Origin: a virus
Taxonomy: Duplodnaviria > Caudoviricetes
DNA: 44,788 bases
Reading direction: 5' to 3' (one strand)
Virus record (IMG/VR): IMGVR_UViG_3300015063_000038
Coordinates: 1-44,788 of that record
In this document: one piece after another, positions 17,124-26,004 of the stretch
How positions within the stretch are numbered: the stretch's first letter is position 1
Layout of the letters: the number at the start of each line of letters is the position of its first letter
The notes under the pieces: generated by a model
Databases searched by the model: none
What the model was told of the DNA's origin: nothing
The model's input: only the letters and a program-made list of their open reading frames with translations
Position numbers and translations under genes: made by a program

Positions 17124-17510
17124 GTGAACAAGTATCTTTTAGAGGCTCTTGGCAAATGTGTACGAGATGCCTGGATTGCGTGTAAGCAGGAAGAATTAGA
17201 GGCTGGCGGCAAAGTGCCTGCTGATCACTTGCTCCCCTGGAATAAGTTGGACGAGCGCAATCAGGAGATTGATCGCCGCATTGCTGAGGCTGTAGTAAAT
17301 GATCTCCACTATGGAAAAATAAAAGTCAATGTTGCTTGTCGGAATTGTACGACGCCTCTTCAGTATGAAATCTTTCTCGATCAGGTGGAGGCTCATTGCG
17401 AAGATGGCTACCTGACGATGCCAGAGGGTTGTACACTCACCTGTCATCGATGTAACCGAGAGTATACCCATGATAGCGCGATGATCAAGATTGAATCGGT
17501 TGAGGTGTAG
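17124..17510 (+). CDS. Hypothetical protein (RyR-like motif plus Zn ribbon)
   Basis: HLLPWNKLDERNQEIDR; CRNC and CHRC. Confidence 0.65.
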   Translation: MNKYLLEALGKCVRDAWIACKQEELEAGGKVPADHLLPWNKLDERNQEIDRRIAEAVVNDLHYGKIKVNVACRNCTTPLQYEIFLDQVEAHCEDGYLTMPEGCTLTCHRCNREYTHDSAMIKIESVEV

Positions 17511-17577
17511 GATGCCAGGAAAGATTATCCCCTTCGGTTATAGCGTGGCTCATGCCCAGGATCGTCTCGCTACTCTC

Positions 17578-18872
17578 GTCAGATACCCCATGCTTGAAAG
17601 CAGGGGCTTGTCCCTAAGCCGAAGCTTGAGACGATAGGCAGTCTGACGTCTGCCCACCAGCCAAGAGTCTATCGAGGCTGGCAAGGTGCTTATTGCGGAT
17701 ATTATAGGAAGCATTTAAATCTGCGTTTAAGCAATATCCACATTTCTTGCACAAAAAGAGCGATTGTGATTTGCGATTGGAGCGATGTTGATGACCACAA
17801 CGAGAACAGGTTTGCGAGGTGTGACGAGGATCAATCTTGACCACGTTGATACCACGCTCGGCAGCCTTATACACGAGGAAGGTGTGAAACTGAGCGAACG
17901 ACCAACTATGCAGTCTTCGTTTCGTTTCCCCTTTCCGTTTGATCTTGCTCGTTGTGCGAATGTTCTTGAGGTTCTCAACCACGATGGTAGACCCAGGTTG
18001 AGCATTCTGGACAATGCGTTTGGAGAGGACATGATCACAGTCCCGATGGAATCGCAGAGAGCGACCCGACAACTTTTTCAAGTGGCGTTTCGCGCTTTTT
18101 GTTCCTTTGGACTGAAGTTTGCGGCGGAGACGAAAATTACGGCGGTCAACCTCTTTCCAGTGGCGACCACCCAGGAAGTGACGTTTCGAGGTTACGGCAG
18201 GACGGTTCAATCCGAGATCTACCCCGATCACTTCCTCGACAGGGGCAATATCAGGATCAGGGAGAGAGACGACGACATGCAGCCAATAGCGCCCTTTACG
18301 GTAACACAGATCTGCTGTTGCGATTTTGCCACCGGCATATTTGGCACTGTAGGGAGGAACCACAAACGGGATGCTCATCTTGCCTGCGCTCGTCGAGAGG
18401 CGAACCGTCAAAGTCTCCCAATTGAGGGTATAGGTGTGAATATTATAACGAACTGGACAGAGTTGAGAATGAGGTTGACTCGTTTTACGCCCTTTGGCTT
18501 TGCGGTCAAACGCGCTCTTGAGGGTTTCAGTAGCCTTGACACGAGCCTGAATGAGCAGATCACTTACCAACCCAGGACAAGCCGCTTTGGTCTGGTAGTA
18601 CGTCTCATGATGCAATCTTACGCCGTTCTTTTCGCCCGACTGCCATCCGGTAGCGCAGACAAAATTGAACGCCGTTGTAAATTGCGAGAGGGTGTCAGAC
18701 AAGGCTTGTGCTTGCTCAGGAGTGGTATGCAGTTGTATCTTCACGGTTCTGTCCATAGGAGAAGTATACCATATATGGGAACGAATTGTCAAATTGTAGG
18801 AGTTTCGCGTCTGAGGACGCCTTTCTTTCCTCCCCATAGCTAAAGCAAGGGGTACCCAGAAAGGAACCAGAG
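17578..18872 (-). mobile_element. IS200/IS605-family TnpB-only element (IS1341-like)
   Basis: LE hairpin CCCCTTGCTTTAGCTATGGGG; RE hairpin CCCCTGCTTTCAAGCATGGGG followed by TATCTGAC; no tnpA; no target duplication. Confidence 0.88.
17614..18756 (-). CDS. tnpB: RNA-guided endonuclease TnpB
   Basis: RuvC motifs GVDLG, VVENL and NADLNA intact; TSQTCSRCG..CKKCG Zn finger. Confidence 0.96.
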   Translation of the reverse strand: MDRTVKIQLHTTPEQAQALSDTLSQFTTAFNFVCATGWQSGEKNGVRLHHETYYQTKAACPGLVSDLLIQARVKATETLKSAFDRKAKGRKTSQPHSQLCPVRYNIHTYTLNWETLTVRLSTSAGKMSIPFVVPPYSAKYAGGKIATADLCYRKGRYWLHVVVSLPDPDIAPVEEVIGVDLGLNRPAVTSKRHFLGGRHWKEVDRRNFRLRRKLQSKGTKSAKRHLKKLSGRSLRFHRDCDHVLSKRIVQNAQPGSTIVVENLKNIRTTSKIKRKGETKRRLHSWSFAQFHTFLVYKAAERGINVVKIDPRHTSQTCSRCGHQHRSNRKSQSLFLCKKCGYCLNADLNASYNIRNKHLASLDRLLAGGQTSDCLSSQASA

Positions 18873-19016
18873 ATGGAAGTTAACGAGATTGCTGAGTATT
18901 GGCCTGGTAAAGTTATTGGAACCATAAAAAGAGCGGTTCCATTTTGGGGAAGCCGAACCTTTGCAGTTCTAAAAGATGACCAGGGACGATGGTACATTTC
19001 AGCATAAGGAGCAATC

Positions 19017-19283
19017 ATGCCAGAAGAAATAGCACTATCCGAGCCAGTACGAAAAGCGCTCAGGCAATTAGCGGAAATCGACACGGTGATAAAAGGCGGC
19101 GACAAAAAACCGTTGGGGAATAACTTGTACGTCTCCCTGCTCAATCAGAAAGAGGGATTGATCGATTTCATCATGAGGGAATGCCCTGGGATGGTTCCCT
19201 ATTGGACCATAGACGGCTATCAGTTGCGTAGTGTGTCGGAATACTCAGCACATATCGACGAAGAAGAAAGTGAGGAAGGATAG
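19017..19283 (+). CDS. Hypothetical protein
   Basis: RBS AAGGAG. Confidence 0.7.
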   Translation: MPEEIALSEPVRKALRQLAEIDTVIKGGDKKPLGNNLYVSLLNQKEGLIDFIMRECPGMVPYWTIDGYQLRSVSEYSAHIDEEESEEG

Positions 19284-19285
19284 TT

Positions 19286-19579
19286 ATGTACATTGAATTA
19301 GGGATTGTAGGTTCTACGTGGGATGTCTCCCTCGATATTGACGAGCACCATGCCGAAATAGTTGCGTCAACTCCTCTGGAAGCAGGGCATAGAGGTTGGT
19401 ATCGCTCATGGGTAACTTTGCCAGATGCAACTCTCCGAGAGCGTCGTATGCTCCCAGACGGTAACTATGACGCGCATCCTGAAACGAATCGCCCGAATAT
19501 GAGACTGATCGTAGGTGCGATTCCATTGGTGTATGTTGAGGCGATCCGGGCGTTGAAAGTGGCGTACGGGTTGGAGTAG
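19286..19579 (+). CDS. Hypothetical protein
   Basis: RBS GAAGGA, adjacent to the upstream gene. Confidence 0.65.
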   Translation: MYIELGIVGSTWDVSLDIDEHHAEIVASTPLEAGHRGWYRSWVTLPDATLRERRMLPDGNYDAHPETNRPNMRLIVGAIPLVYVEAIRALKVAYGLE

Positions 19580-19629
19580 GTCGAGGAGAGAACAACAGTT
19601 GTCAATAATGTACCCGAAAGTGATCTTAT

Positions 19630-19912
19630 ATGTTCACAGTGAACACATTGCAAGTAGCGATTGCAGATAGTCGGCTGACTCCACAGCCGTAATCCAACAT
19701 GCGGAATGGTTAAAATGCCTGCGTAATAGCGGCACCCTGAACTTCATTCAGGTTTTTAGCTCCCATCGGAACCAGGGAGCGGTACTTTGCCCGGCGAGGG
19801 CCATACACGGTGAAAGCCGTGCGATGTATTGTAAAGTCACTGAGATAGTAGTGCTATTGAGGCACATCGAAAGTGGTGATACAGAAATAGGATGAGTTAA
19901 ACACGTTTTAAC
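19630..19912 (+). ncRNA. Hairpin-dense non-coding tract (candidate structured RNA)
   Basis: Back-to-back stems CGGCTG/CAGCCG, TGCC/GGCA, CCTGAA/TTCAGG, GCTCCC/GGGAGC, GCCC/GGGC, CACGGT-GAAA-GCCGTG, GTGC/GCAC, GTTAAA/TTTAAC. Confidence 0.55.
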
Positions 19913-19933
19913 ACATTTTGAAAGGCAGGCGTG

Positions 19934-20104
19934 ATGGATGAACAAGAGAAAGAGTCAATTGGCGAACTCGTCCGATTAGTGACTATTATCCTGCATGATG
20001 ATCGCACGAAAGCGAATCCTGATTATTGGGTTTGGACAAAACTTGATCAGCGTGTGAGGGAAGTTCTTGATTTTCTGGTGAAGCAGGATGAAGCCGGTCA
20101 GTAA
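19934..20104 (+). CDS. Hypothetical 56-aa protein
   Basis: Manual translation MDEQEKESIGELVRLVTIILHDDRTK...; terminator-like AGACGTTGGA/TCTAGCGTCT plus T-tract downstream. Confidence 0.6.
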   Translation: MDEQEKESIGELVRLVTIILHDDRTKANPDYWVWTKLDQRVREVLDFLVKQDEAGQ

Positions 20105-20333
20105 TTGAAAGCAAGCAAGAGACGTTGGATTGTTCTAGCGTCTCTTTTTTTGTGGTTTGCTTGCCTATTTCATGGGATTTATGCTGTGTCAAAAACGTTC
20201 GGATGTTGAAAATTTTGACTCTTCATTTATTTACTTTTGTCTATGCTCATTGACGTGTTTCAAAACTTATGTTACAATCTATGTATCACGAAAAATAAGC
20301 ACAATGGAAAAGTGACCCAAGAAAGGGCGAGGG

Positions 20334-20894
20334 ATGGAAAAAATAGGATATGCCCGTATATCGACAACTGAGCAAAATAAAGACCTGCAAGTCAATGCTC
20401 TCAAAGAGGCTGGATGTACAAAAATCTTTACCGACGAGGTGAGCGGATCGAAAGCAGAACGAAAAGGACTCAATGAAGCAATGGCATTCTTGCGTCCTGG
20501 TGATGCATTGACGGTTTGGAAACTAGACCGCGCTGGACGATCATTGAAAAATTTGATTGAACTGCTCAATCTGCTGAAAGATATGCAAGTTGAGTTCGTG
20601 AGTCTCACAGAGAAGATTGATACCACGACTCCGAGCGGTCGTCTCATCTTTCACATGACAGCAGCCTTTGCCGAATTTGAGCGTGATCTCATACGGGAGA
20701 GAACCTACGCAGGGTTGGCGGCAGCTCGTGCCAGGGGACGTAAGGGTGGCAGGCCGAATAAGATCAGAAATGGTAAAGCGATCATTGCACGTAAGATGTT
20801 TGATGATAAGTCCAATTCCATAGATGATATCTGCGAAACGCTCAATGTCTCCCGTTCTACGCTGTATCGATATATGAGAGGGGAAAAGAAGTAA
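20334..20894 (+). CDS. Small serine recombinase (resolvase/invertase)
   Basis: IGYARIST..Q, WKLDRAGR, FAEFER, GRKGGRP, C-terminal HTH. Confidence 0.96.
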   Translation: MEKIGYARISTTEQNKDLQVNALKEAGCTKIFTDEVSGSKAERKGLNEAMAFLRPGDALTVWKLDRAGRSLKNLIELLNLLKDMQVEFVSLTEKIDTTTPSGRLIFHMTAAFAEFERDLIRERTYAGLAAARARGRKGGRPNKIRNGKAIIARKMFDDKSNSIDDICETLNVSRSTLYRYMRGEKK

Positions 20895-21305
20895 GTGGAA
20901 AAGAGAAAAAGAAGACCATTGGCAGTACAGAGAAAGAATATACCTGTGGCAGTGCGTAGAAAGGTCTTTGAACGTGATAATCACCGATGTAGAAAGTGTG
21001 GAAGAGAAGAGTCACTGAATCTACATCATATCATCCCTGTTGTCGATCATGGCACCGATACGGTAGAAAATCTTATGCTTCTGTGTAAACATTGCCATCG
21101 TGAATGGGAGTTTCTCATTTACCCGAGAGTGCGTACCATCTCTTTTGAGCAATGGCTTGAGTTACCTAGTTGTCCTGAGTTCCTGGCTATCTTTGCCAAT
21201 AAGGATAAATGGCCTGATGATCTTGTCATGCCCATGCAAGAAGTAAGAGACATCCTAGTTAAAGGTCATCAAATTGCACGTGAAGCCCGTTCCTGGGGAG
21301 CGTGA
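20895..21305 (+). CDS. HNH endonuclease
   Basis: VFERDNHRCRKCG..LHHIIP..HG....NLMLLCKHCH. Confidence 0.92.
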   Translation: MEKRKRRPLAVQRKNIPVAVRRKVFERDNHRCRKCGREESLNLHHIIPVVDHGTDTVENLMLLCKHCHREWEFLIYPRVRTISFEQWLELPSCPEFLAIFANKDKWPDDLVMPMQEVRDILVKGHQIAREARSWGA

Positions 21306-21375
21306 TTAAGGTTGATGAGATATCGATACAGTGTTGGGGGTATCACGCTCTACATTGTATCGGTAAACAAGCATA

Positions 21376-21606
21376 ATGACAACTTTCAACACGGGCGATA
21401 AAGTTATCAAGAAATCCGAAAAGGATGCTAGCAAATATGGTAGAGTGATGGACGTGGGCTACATGTTCGCCAAACCTGGATACGTCGCCGTGTACTTTCA
21501 TCGTCAGGTTTGGATCAAGCCTGAGAACCTGCTACACTTCGATGCATGGCAGAGCAAACGGAAAGTGGCTCCAGCAGGGAGCGTAAAAGATTATTGGGTG
21601 AAGTAG
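21376..21606 (+). CDS. Hypothetical protein (SH3-like)
   Basis: FNTGDKV...GRV...WIKPENL. Confidence 0.6.
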   Translation: MTTFNTGDKVIKKSEKDASKYGRVMDVGYMFAKPGYVAVYFHRQVWIKPENLLHFDAWQSKRKVAPAGSVKDYWVK

Positions 21607-21621
21607 GAGAGGAAAACGATA

Positions 21622-21828
21622 TTGTCCGATCATATAAACGCATTTATCGTCGTACTGGATCACGACATTCGAGACGAAAACGCCGAACTGCTCATCAATG
21701 CGATCAAACAATTGCGCGGTGTGCTGGAGGTACAGCCTCACGTTGCTGATTCTACTGATGTTATTGCTACGATGAGAGTAAAATCTGAATTGATGAAAAA
21801 GTGGTACGATATTCTTGCGGCGATGTAG
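21622..21828 (+). CDS. Hypothetical protein
   Basis: RBS GGAGAGG, TTG start. Confidence 0.65.
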   Translation: MSDHINAFIVVLDHDIRDENAELLINAIKQLRGVLEVQPHVADSTDVIATMRVKSELMKKWYDILAAM

Positions 21829-21851
21829 AAGAAGAGGAGAAGTAGCGGGGT

Positions 21852-22400
21852 ATGGAGCTAGATTTTGAGGGTTTTATCCAGCAACGTAGATTACCAGACG
21901 GGCGACTCATAGCAGTCGATCCGCTCTTATTTCACAAAGCGAGATTAGGGATCGGCATGTTGCCGCCATTGCACGAAGTCGGAGCGTTCGCTGATCATTG
22001 GGAATTCCCAAGTGTCGCCTCAGCACTTCAAGCGTTTGTTGCCTGGGAACCAGAAAAGCAAAAAGAGCCTGCCGGATGGGATAGGCACGTTGCCACGATG
22101 CGCTATAGAATTGGCGGTGATCCTGAGTTGGAGTATGTGAAGTGTGATGATGGTGGCATACACTACAAGGTAAGATATGCCATTAGGGTTATTTCTGGCG
22201 AGGATCACGCTATTTTGACGATGATTGATCGAAGCGAGATCCTGGGTGCGTCATTCCCAGAGGGATCATGGTTCTTTGAAGTGCTCACAAAGCAGGCTGA
22301 ATATAATGTGTATTGTTATCTTGATCGATGCGTGGTCATACCTGAAGAGAATATGGGGAATGTGAGTGTGGGTACTGTAGTCAAGAGGCTCACGGCATAG
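21852..22400 (+). CDS. Hypothetical protein
   Basis: Co-oriented; EPAGWDRH motif. Confidence 0.7.
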   Translation: MELDFEGFIQQRRLPDGRLIAVDPLLFHKARLGIGMLPPLHEVGAFADHWEFPSVASALQAFVAWEPEKQKEPAGWDRHVATMRYRIGGDPELEYVKCDDGGIHYKVRYAIRVISGEDHAILTMIDRSEILGASFPEGSWFFEVLTKQAEYNVYCYLDRCVVIPEENMGNVSVGTVVKRLTA

Positions 22401-22412
22401 TGGAGGGGGAAT

Positions 22413-22766
22413 ATGGACATTCAACTTATTTTTGAGGAACTGCCGCCAGAATGCGCGGGTACCGTCAATACTACTACTTTTCGCTATAATGGCAAACGTT
22501 ACACGATATCGACAACTGAAATTGTGAGTTTGCACGAGTTACAGCGCATGTGGGATCTCAAGACTGGCTATACTGGGATACTCGGTAATTATGAAACGAT
22601 GCTTTTTATTGATGGTGAGAGCGAATGTTACCCTTTTGGCGACCTCCCTGGTTGGGCTGGTTTGGGCGTCTTCCAACGCTATGAGACTGAGGGCGAAGCA
22701 CGAGACGGACATCAAGAATTTGTAACGAGGGTGAAGCGAATACTTAGAGAAGGAAATAACCGATGA
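22413..22766 (+). CDS. Hypothetical protein
   Basis: RBS GGAGG; YETMLF...RYETEGEARDGH. Confidence 0.7.
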   Translation: MDIQLIFEELPPECAGTVNTTTFRYNGKRYTISTTEIVSLHELQRMWDLKTGYTGILGNYETMLFIDGESECYPFGDLPGWAGLGVFQRYETEGEARDGHQEFVTRVKRILREGNNR

Positions 22767-23266
22767 CCTGTATGGAAATATTAGCGGTAAGACCCAACGG
22801 AGATACAACGCTCTACGGTGAAGCACAAAACTCATGGGGCGGCGCTATGCATATCTGGATGACGCTAAAAGGGAAGTATGAAATAGCTGCTGATTACTCC
22901 GAAAAAGGGTTTAAGCATATATGGGAGAGTATTGTCGAGATGAGTGTGTCTGACCAATGGGTGATGGCTAGCACATTCGATATGATAATCGTTCCCAAAG
23001 AAGCATTGCCCACGCTAATAGAGCATTGGAAGAAATTCAGCAAGAAATACCCAACGCCTACTTTGCTGGAGGCTATCATCATTCTAGAACGAGCCTGTCA
23101 GGATGAGCAGGTGCAGGGGGTATGCTTCAATCATACAAGTGTTGTGGATAGCTGGTCAGTGGCAATTGAAGGTGAGGGAAGCAGACCGTATAACGTCAAT
23201 GTGGATCATAAGCATACATATCTTGATGCAGGCTACATCTCGCAAATAGAAAAAGAACTGGACTGA
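22763..23266 (+). CDS. Hypothetical protein
   Basis: ATGA overlap with the upstream gene. Confidence 0.7.
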   Translation: MTCMEILAVRPNGDTTLYGEAQNSWGGAMHIWMTLKGKYEIAADYSEKGFKHIWESIVEMSVSDQWVMASTFDMIIVPKEALPTLIEHWKKFSKKYPTPTLLEAIIILERACQDEQVQGVCFNHTSVVDSWSVAIEGEGSRPYNVNVDHKHTYLDAGYISQIEKELD

Positions 23267-23287
23267 AGTCGTTTCTCAGTCCAGTTC
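23250..23287 (-). terminator. Intrinsic terminator
   Basis: 12-bp stem GAACTGGACTGA/TCAGTCCAGTTC with T5 on the minus strand. Confidence 0.7.
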
Positions 23288-23547
23288 CCATAATGTGATT
23301 GTTAAATGGGCTACCTCAATTGTTGCATTTAACTTGTGCAATTATCCATAACATCAACTTATCACCCTCTTATCACTTTTACATTAAATATTATCATGTT
23401 GAACGTCAAGCACAAAGTTTGGCGTTCATTTTTGCGTCTCCGAGTATCATGAGATTGAACAGGTTACATACTTTGTTACCCTGTCTACATCTTGATCGTA
23501 CAACAGTTATATGTGCCATGTTGTTCACGAAGAAAGAGAGGCACGTT

Positions 23548-23739
23548 ATGACCCAGACGATTAGCAAGAAGAGGGTGGAGATTATTATTCTCCCTGGCAA
23601 TACTCATCAAGAAAAACGTATAGCAGACAATTATGCTCCAAACTTACTTTGTACTACGTGTGAGGAAGAATGCATGATCAGGATTTATGGTACTCGTGTT
23701 TATGTTTGTGAGCAATGTGGATCTGTAGAATATAGATAA
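23548..23739 (+). CDS. Small Zn-ribbon protein
   Basis: RBS GAGAGG; CTTC...CEQC. Confidence 0.6.
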   Translation: MTQTISKKRVEIIILPGNTHQEKRIADNYAPNLLCTTCEEECMIRIYGTRVYVCEQCGSVEYR

Positions 23740-23999
23740 CAAAAATGCGAGAGCATGGAGGGTAGGAAAAGCCTCTGAACTCTCGCATTTTGCGCATAAC
23801 AAGACCATTTGATCACTCGATCTCTATAATTATACCTTCTTGCGAATGGGCGTATCCTGAAAGTGGTGGATGAACGACAACAACCCCGCTCTACTAGCTA
23901 AACGTTCCCCTCATGCTTCGCGTTTAGTGCCAGTCCAGGCGTTCTGTGCAGCTCCTCTATTGCCTGGACTGGTGGAGCATATTTAGAAAGTGGTGATAA

Positions 24000-24689
24000 G
24001 TGGTGGAAGAAGAAATCTCAATTACCCTCGGCATAATCGGCCAAGACGGCATGACAATCGAAGATGCCCAACAATTGCAAGAGGAACTCCCTGGTAATAT
24101 CTTCTATGCTGAAGGATTTACCCCTGAACGAGCACGCATCCTTCATGTGGACGTTGACACAGACAATCAAATCATTGCTGCCTGTTTACCTATCCCAGAC
24201 GAGCGTATACTCGACGCTTCAGCAGCATTTCGCTATATGGTAGAGCAAGGCAAGCAATTGATGGACACCCATTTGAACTATGAGCAATCCGCCGAATATC
24301 CTCTCGAATGGCAATGGACCGAACCGCGTTCCTGGCATGTCGAGAAGATGAAGTTCAGCAAGAATCGTAGCAGCGTAATCGTCAATGAGAGCCTCACACT
24401 AACTGGCATACCACCTGAAGCACATGAGTACGTGCTAGGGGACAGGTCAGCACTGGAATGGATCATCGATCAGTACCAAGTCACCAGGGACAAGAGAAGT
24501 GGCATAGTGAGCGATCCGAATAAGCAGGATGATCCTGAGTATATTGCGCGTCTTGTTTGTAAGGTGGTAGCCGTGAGTGTCGAGACGGTGAGGATAACGA
24601 AAGAGTTGGGGCGGCGGGTAAATCTGGATGATTTTGAGTTAGTGGGAGCGACTGATGAGGGACCGCTCAATCAGTTCTGGACGAAATAA
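24000..24689 (+). CDS. Stand-alone C-terminal domain of a Type ISP restriction-modification enzyme
   Basis: VEKMKF, LTGIPPEAHEYVLGDRSALEWIIDQYQV..DKRSGIVSDPN, KVVAVSVETVRI. Confidence 0.85.
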   Translation: MVEEEISITLGIIGQDGMTIEDAQQLQEELPGNIFYAEGFTPERARILHVDVDTDNQIIAACLPIPDERILDASAAFRYMVEQGKQLMDTHLNYEQSAEYPLEWQWTEPRSWHVEKMKFSKNRSSVIVNESLTLTGIPPEAHEYVLGDRSALEWIIDQYQVTRDKRSGIVSDPNKQDDPEYIARLVCKVVAVSVETVRITKELGRRVNLDDFELVGATDEGPLNQFWTK

Positions 24690-24698
24690 TATTTTACG

Positions 24699-25598
24699 TT
24701 GAAATTATACTGTAGAGAGAAAATAGAAAGGTTTTTAGGCTTCTGCGTGATCGATCCTCTTACCGGACCACTTCCCTCTATGATGACCCTCTATCGGCGT
24801 GACTTGCTATGCCTTCCTGAAGATGAGCAACAGTTGCTAGAGATCCCCTTCAAGTGTGCCTGCGTGCTCTGCGCGAAGTATCCCGTACTATGGGAGTACG
24901 TTATGGACTTCACTCAAGAGGGAAACTTGCAACTTATCAAGGCCCTGTCAAACCGTGATCCTACATGGAGCGGTGCACGATTTCAAGCCTATGTAGCGAG
25001 AAGCGCAAGAGGAGCAATGTACCAGCATCTAAATCAAACATTTGATATCGCTATTCCGCCAACTGTCAGGCATCGCAAAGTTAAAAAAGGCGATGATCGT
25101 GAAATGGCACACCTTGACGTTTTAGAGCACCATCTTAGCTGGGAGCGGCTTTTTGAGTCGTGGGTGGTCATTCCTGATCAGACGTATATGCTGCAATCGT
25201 TCAACGCTGCAAAGAGGAAGATGATAGACGTATTTTTGTCACGTCTTCCAACGAAAGAACAAATAGCGGTCAGACTTTATTACGGCATTGGTGAGCGTGT
25301 ACATCGCACTTCTGAGATTGGAAAGATCCTTCAGGTAAAACCGGATCATGCTAAAATATTGGTCAATCAGGCAATAAAGCGTATTCGTAATGAGCCAAAG
25401 CAACCCGCTAAAGAACTCCAGATAAAAGACCGCAATGAGAGAATGCAGACTATCTATCAACAATGGCTTGAACAGGGAATGAGGTTTCAGGTCTATGAGT
25501 TTGCGCGTGCTGTAAAGTGTGGTGATCATATCGCTCACCAGTTCCTCAAGGATCGAGGTGTGCTGAGTAAAAGCGTGGTCGAGGTACTGAAGCCATGA
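24699..25598 (+). CDS. Phage sigma70-family sigma factor
   Basis: Region 2 DFTQEGNLQLIKAL..D...GARFQAY; region 4 LSRLPTKEQIAVRLYYG...EIGKILQV; start uncertain. Confidence 0.8.
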   Translation: MKLYCREKIERFLGFCVIDPLTGPLPSMMTLYRRDLLCLPEDEQQLLEIPFKCACVLCAKYPVLWEYVMDFTQEGNLQLIKALSNRDPTWSGARFQAYVARSARGAMYQHLNQTFDIAIPPTVRHRKVKKGDDREMAHLDVLEHHLSWERLFESWVVIPDQTYMLQSFNAAKRKMIDVFLSRLPTKEQIAVRLYYGIGERVHRTSEIGKILQVKPDHAKILVNQAIKRIRNEPKQPAKELQIKDRNERMQTIYQQWLEQGMRFQVYEFARAVKCGDHIAHQFLKDRGVLSKSVVEVLKP

Positions 25599-25912
25599 AT
25601 GAGCCTTATTTTGACGATGTGAAGAACCTGATACAATCTCACCTCACCTTTGCGGTTCCCCTTCGCATTGACGAAATGAGAGATAATGGCGGCCCATCTG
25701 AGCCTCAACTTGAATATGCCTCAGAGCACTTTCCTACAATCTTGGGTCAACATGGGGATGCAATCCTCTTCCATGAGAAGGGGCAAACGGGAACGGCTAT
25801 GAGCGTGCTAACTGAAACAATAGCGATTCTCTCATTCTTTCCTGGTGGCGTTACCGTGTTTGGTTTGACCTTCGATGCATCCTCCCCAGATGAAGCAGAA
25901 GCGAAACAATAG
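25595..25912 (+). CDS. Hypothetical protein
   Basis: ATGA overlap; LSFFPGGVTVFG. Confidence 0.7.
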   Translation: MNEPYFDDVKNLIQSHLTFAVPLRIDEMRDNGGPSEPQLEYASEHFPTILGQHGDAILFHEKGQTGTAMSVLTETIAILSFFPGGVTVFGLTFDASSPDEAEAKQ

Positions 25913-26004
25913 TGAATTGCGGTGCTTATTTTATTTTGGTTGTATGCTGAAAATGTCAACCCGTAATCCGCAAACCCTCCTTACACGCGCATTGAGAGAT
26001 AGCT

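Larger units (their letters stand above)
17512..19007 (+). pseudogene. 66-aa gene split by the TnpB element (17512-17577 joined to 18873-19007)
   Basis: Removing 17578-18872 restores in-frame MPGKIIPFGYSVAHAQDRLATL|MEVNEIAEYWPGK...WYISA*. Confidence 0.7.

Noticed and set aside
17785-18843. 352-aa plus-strand ORF
   Set aside because: Antisense shadow of tnpB with no motifs
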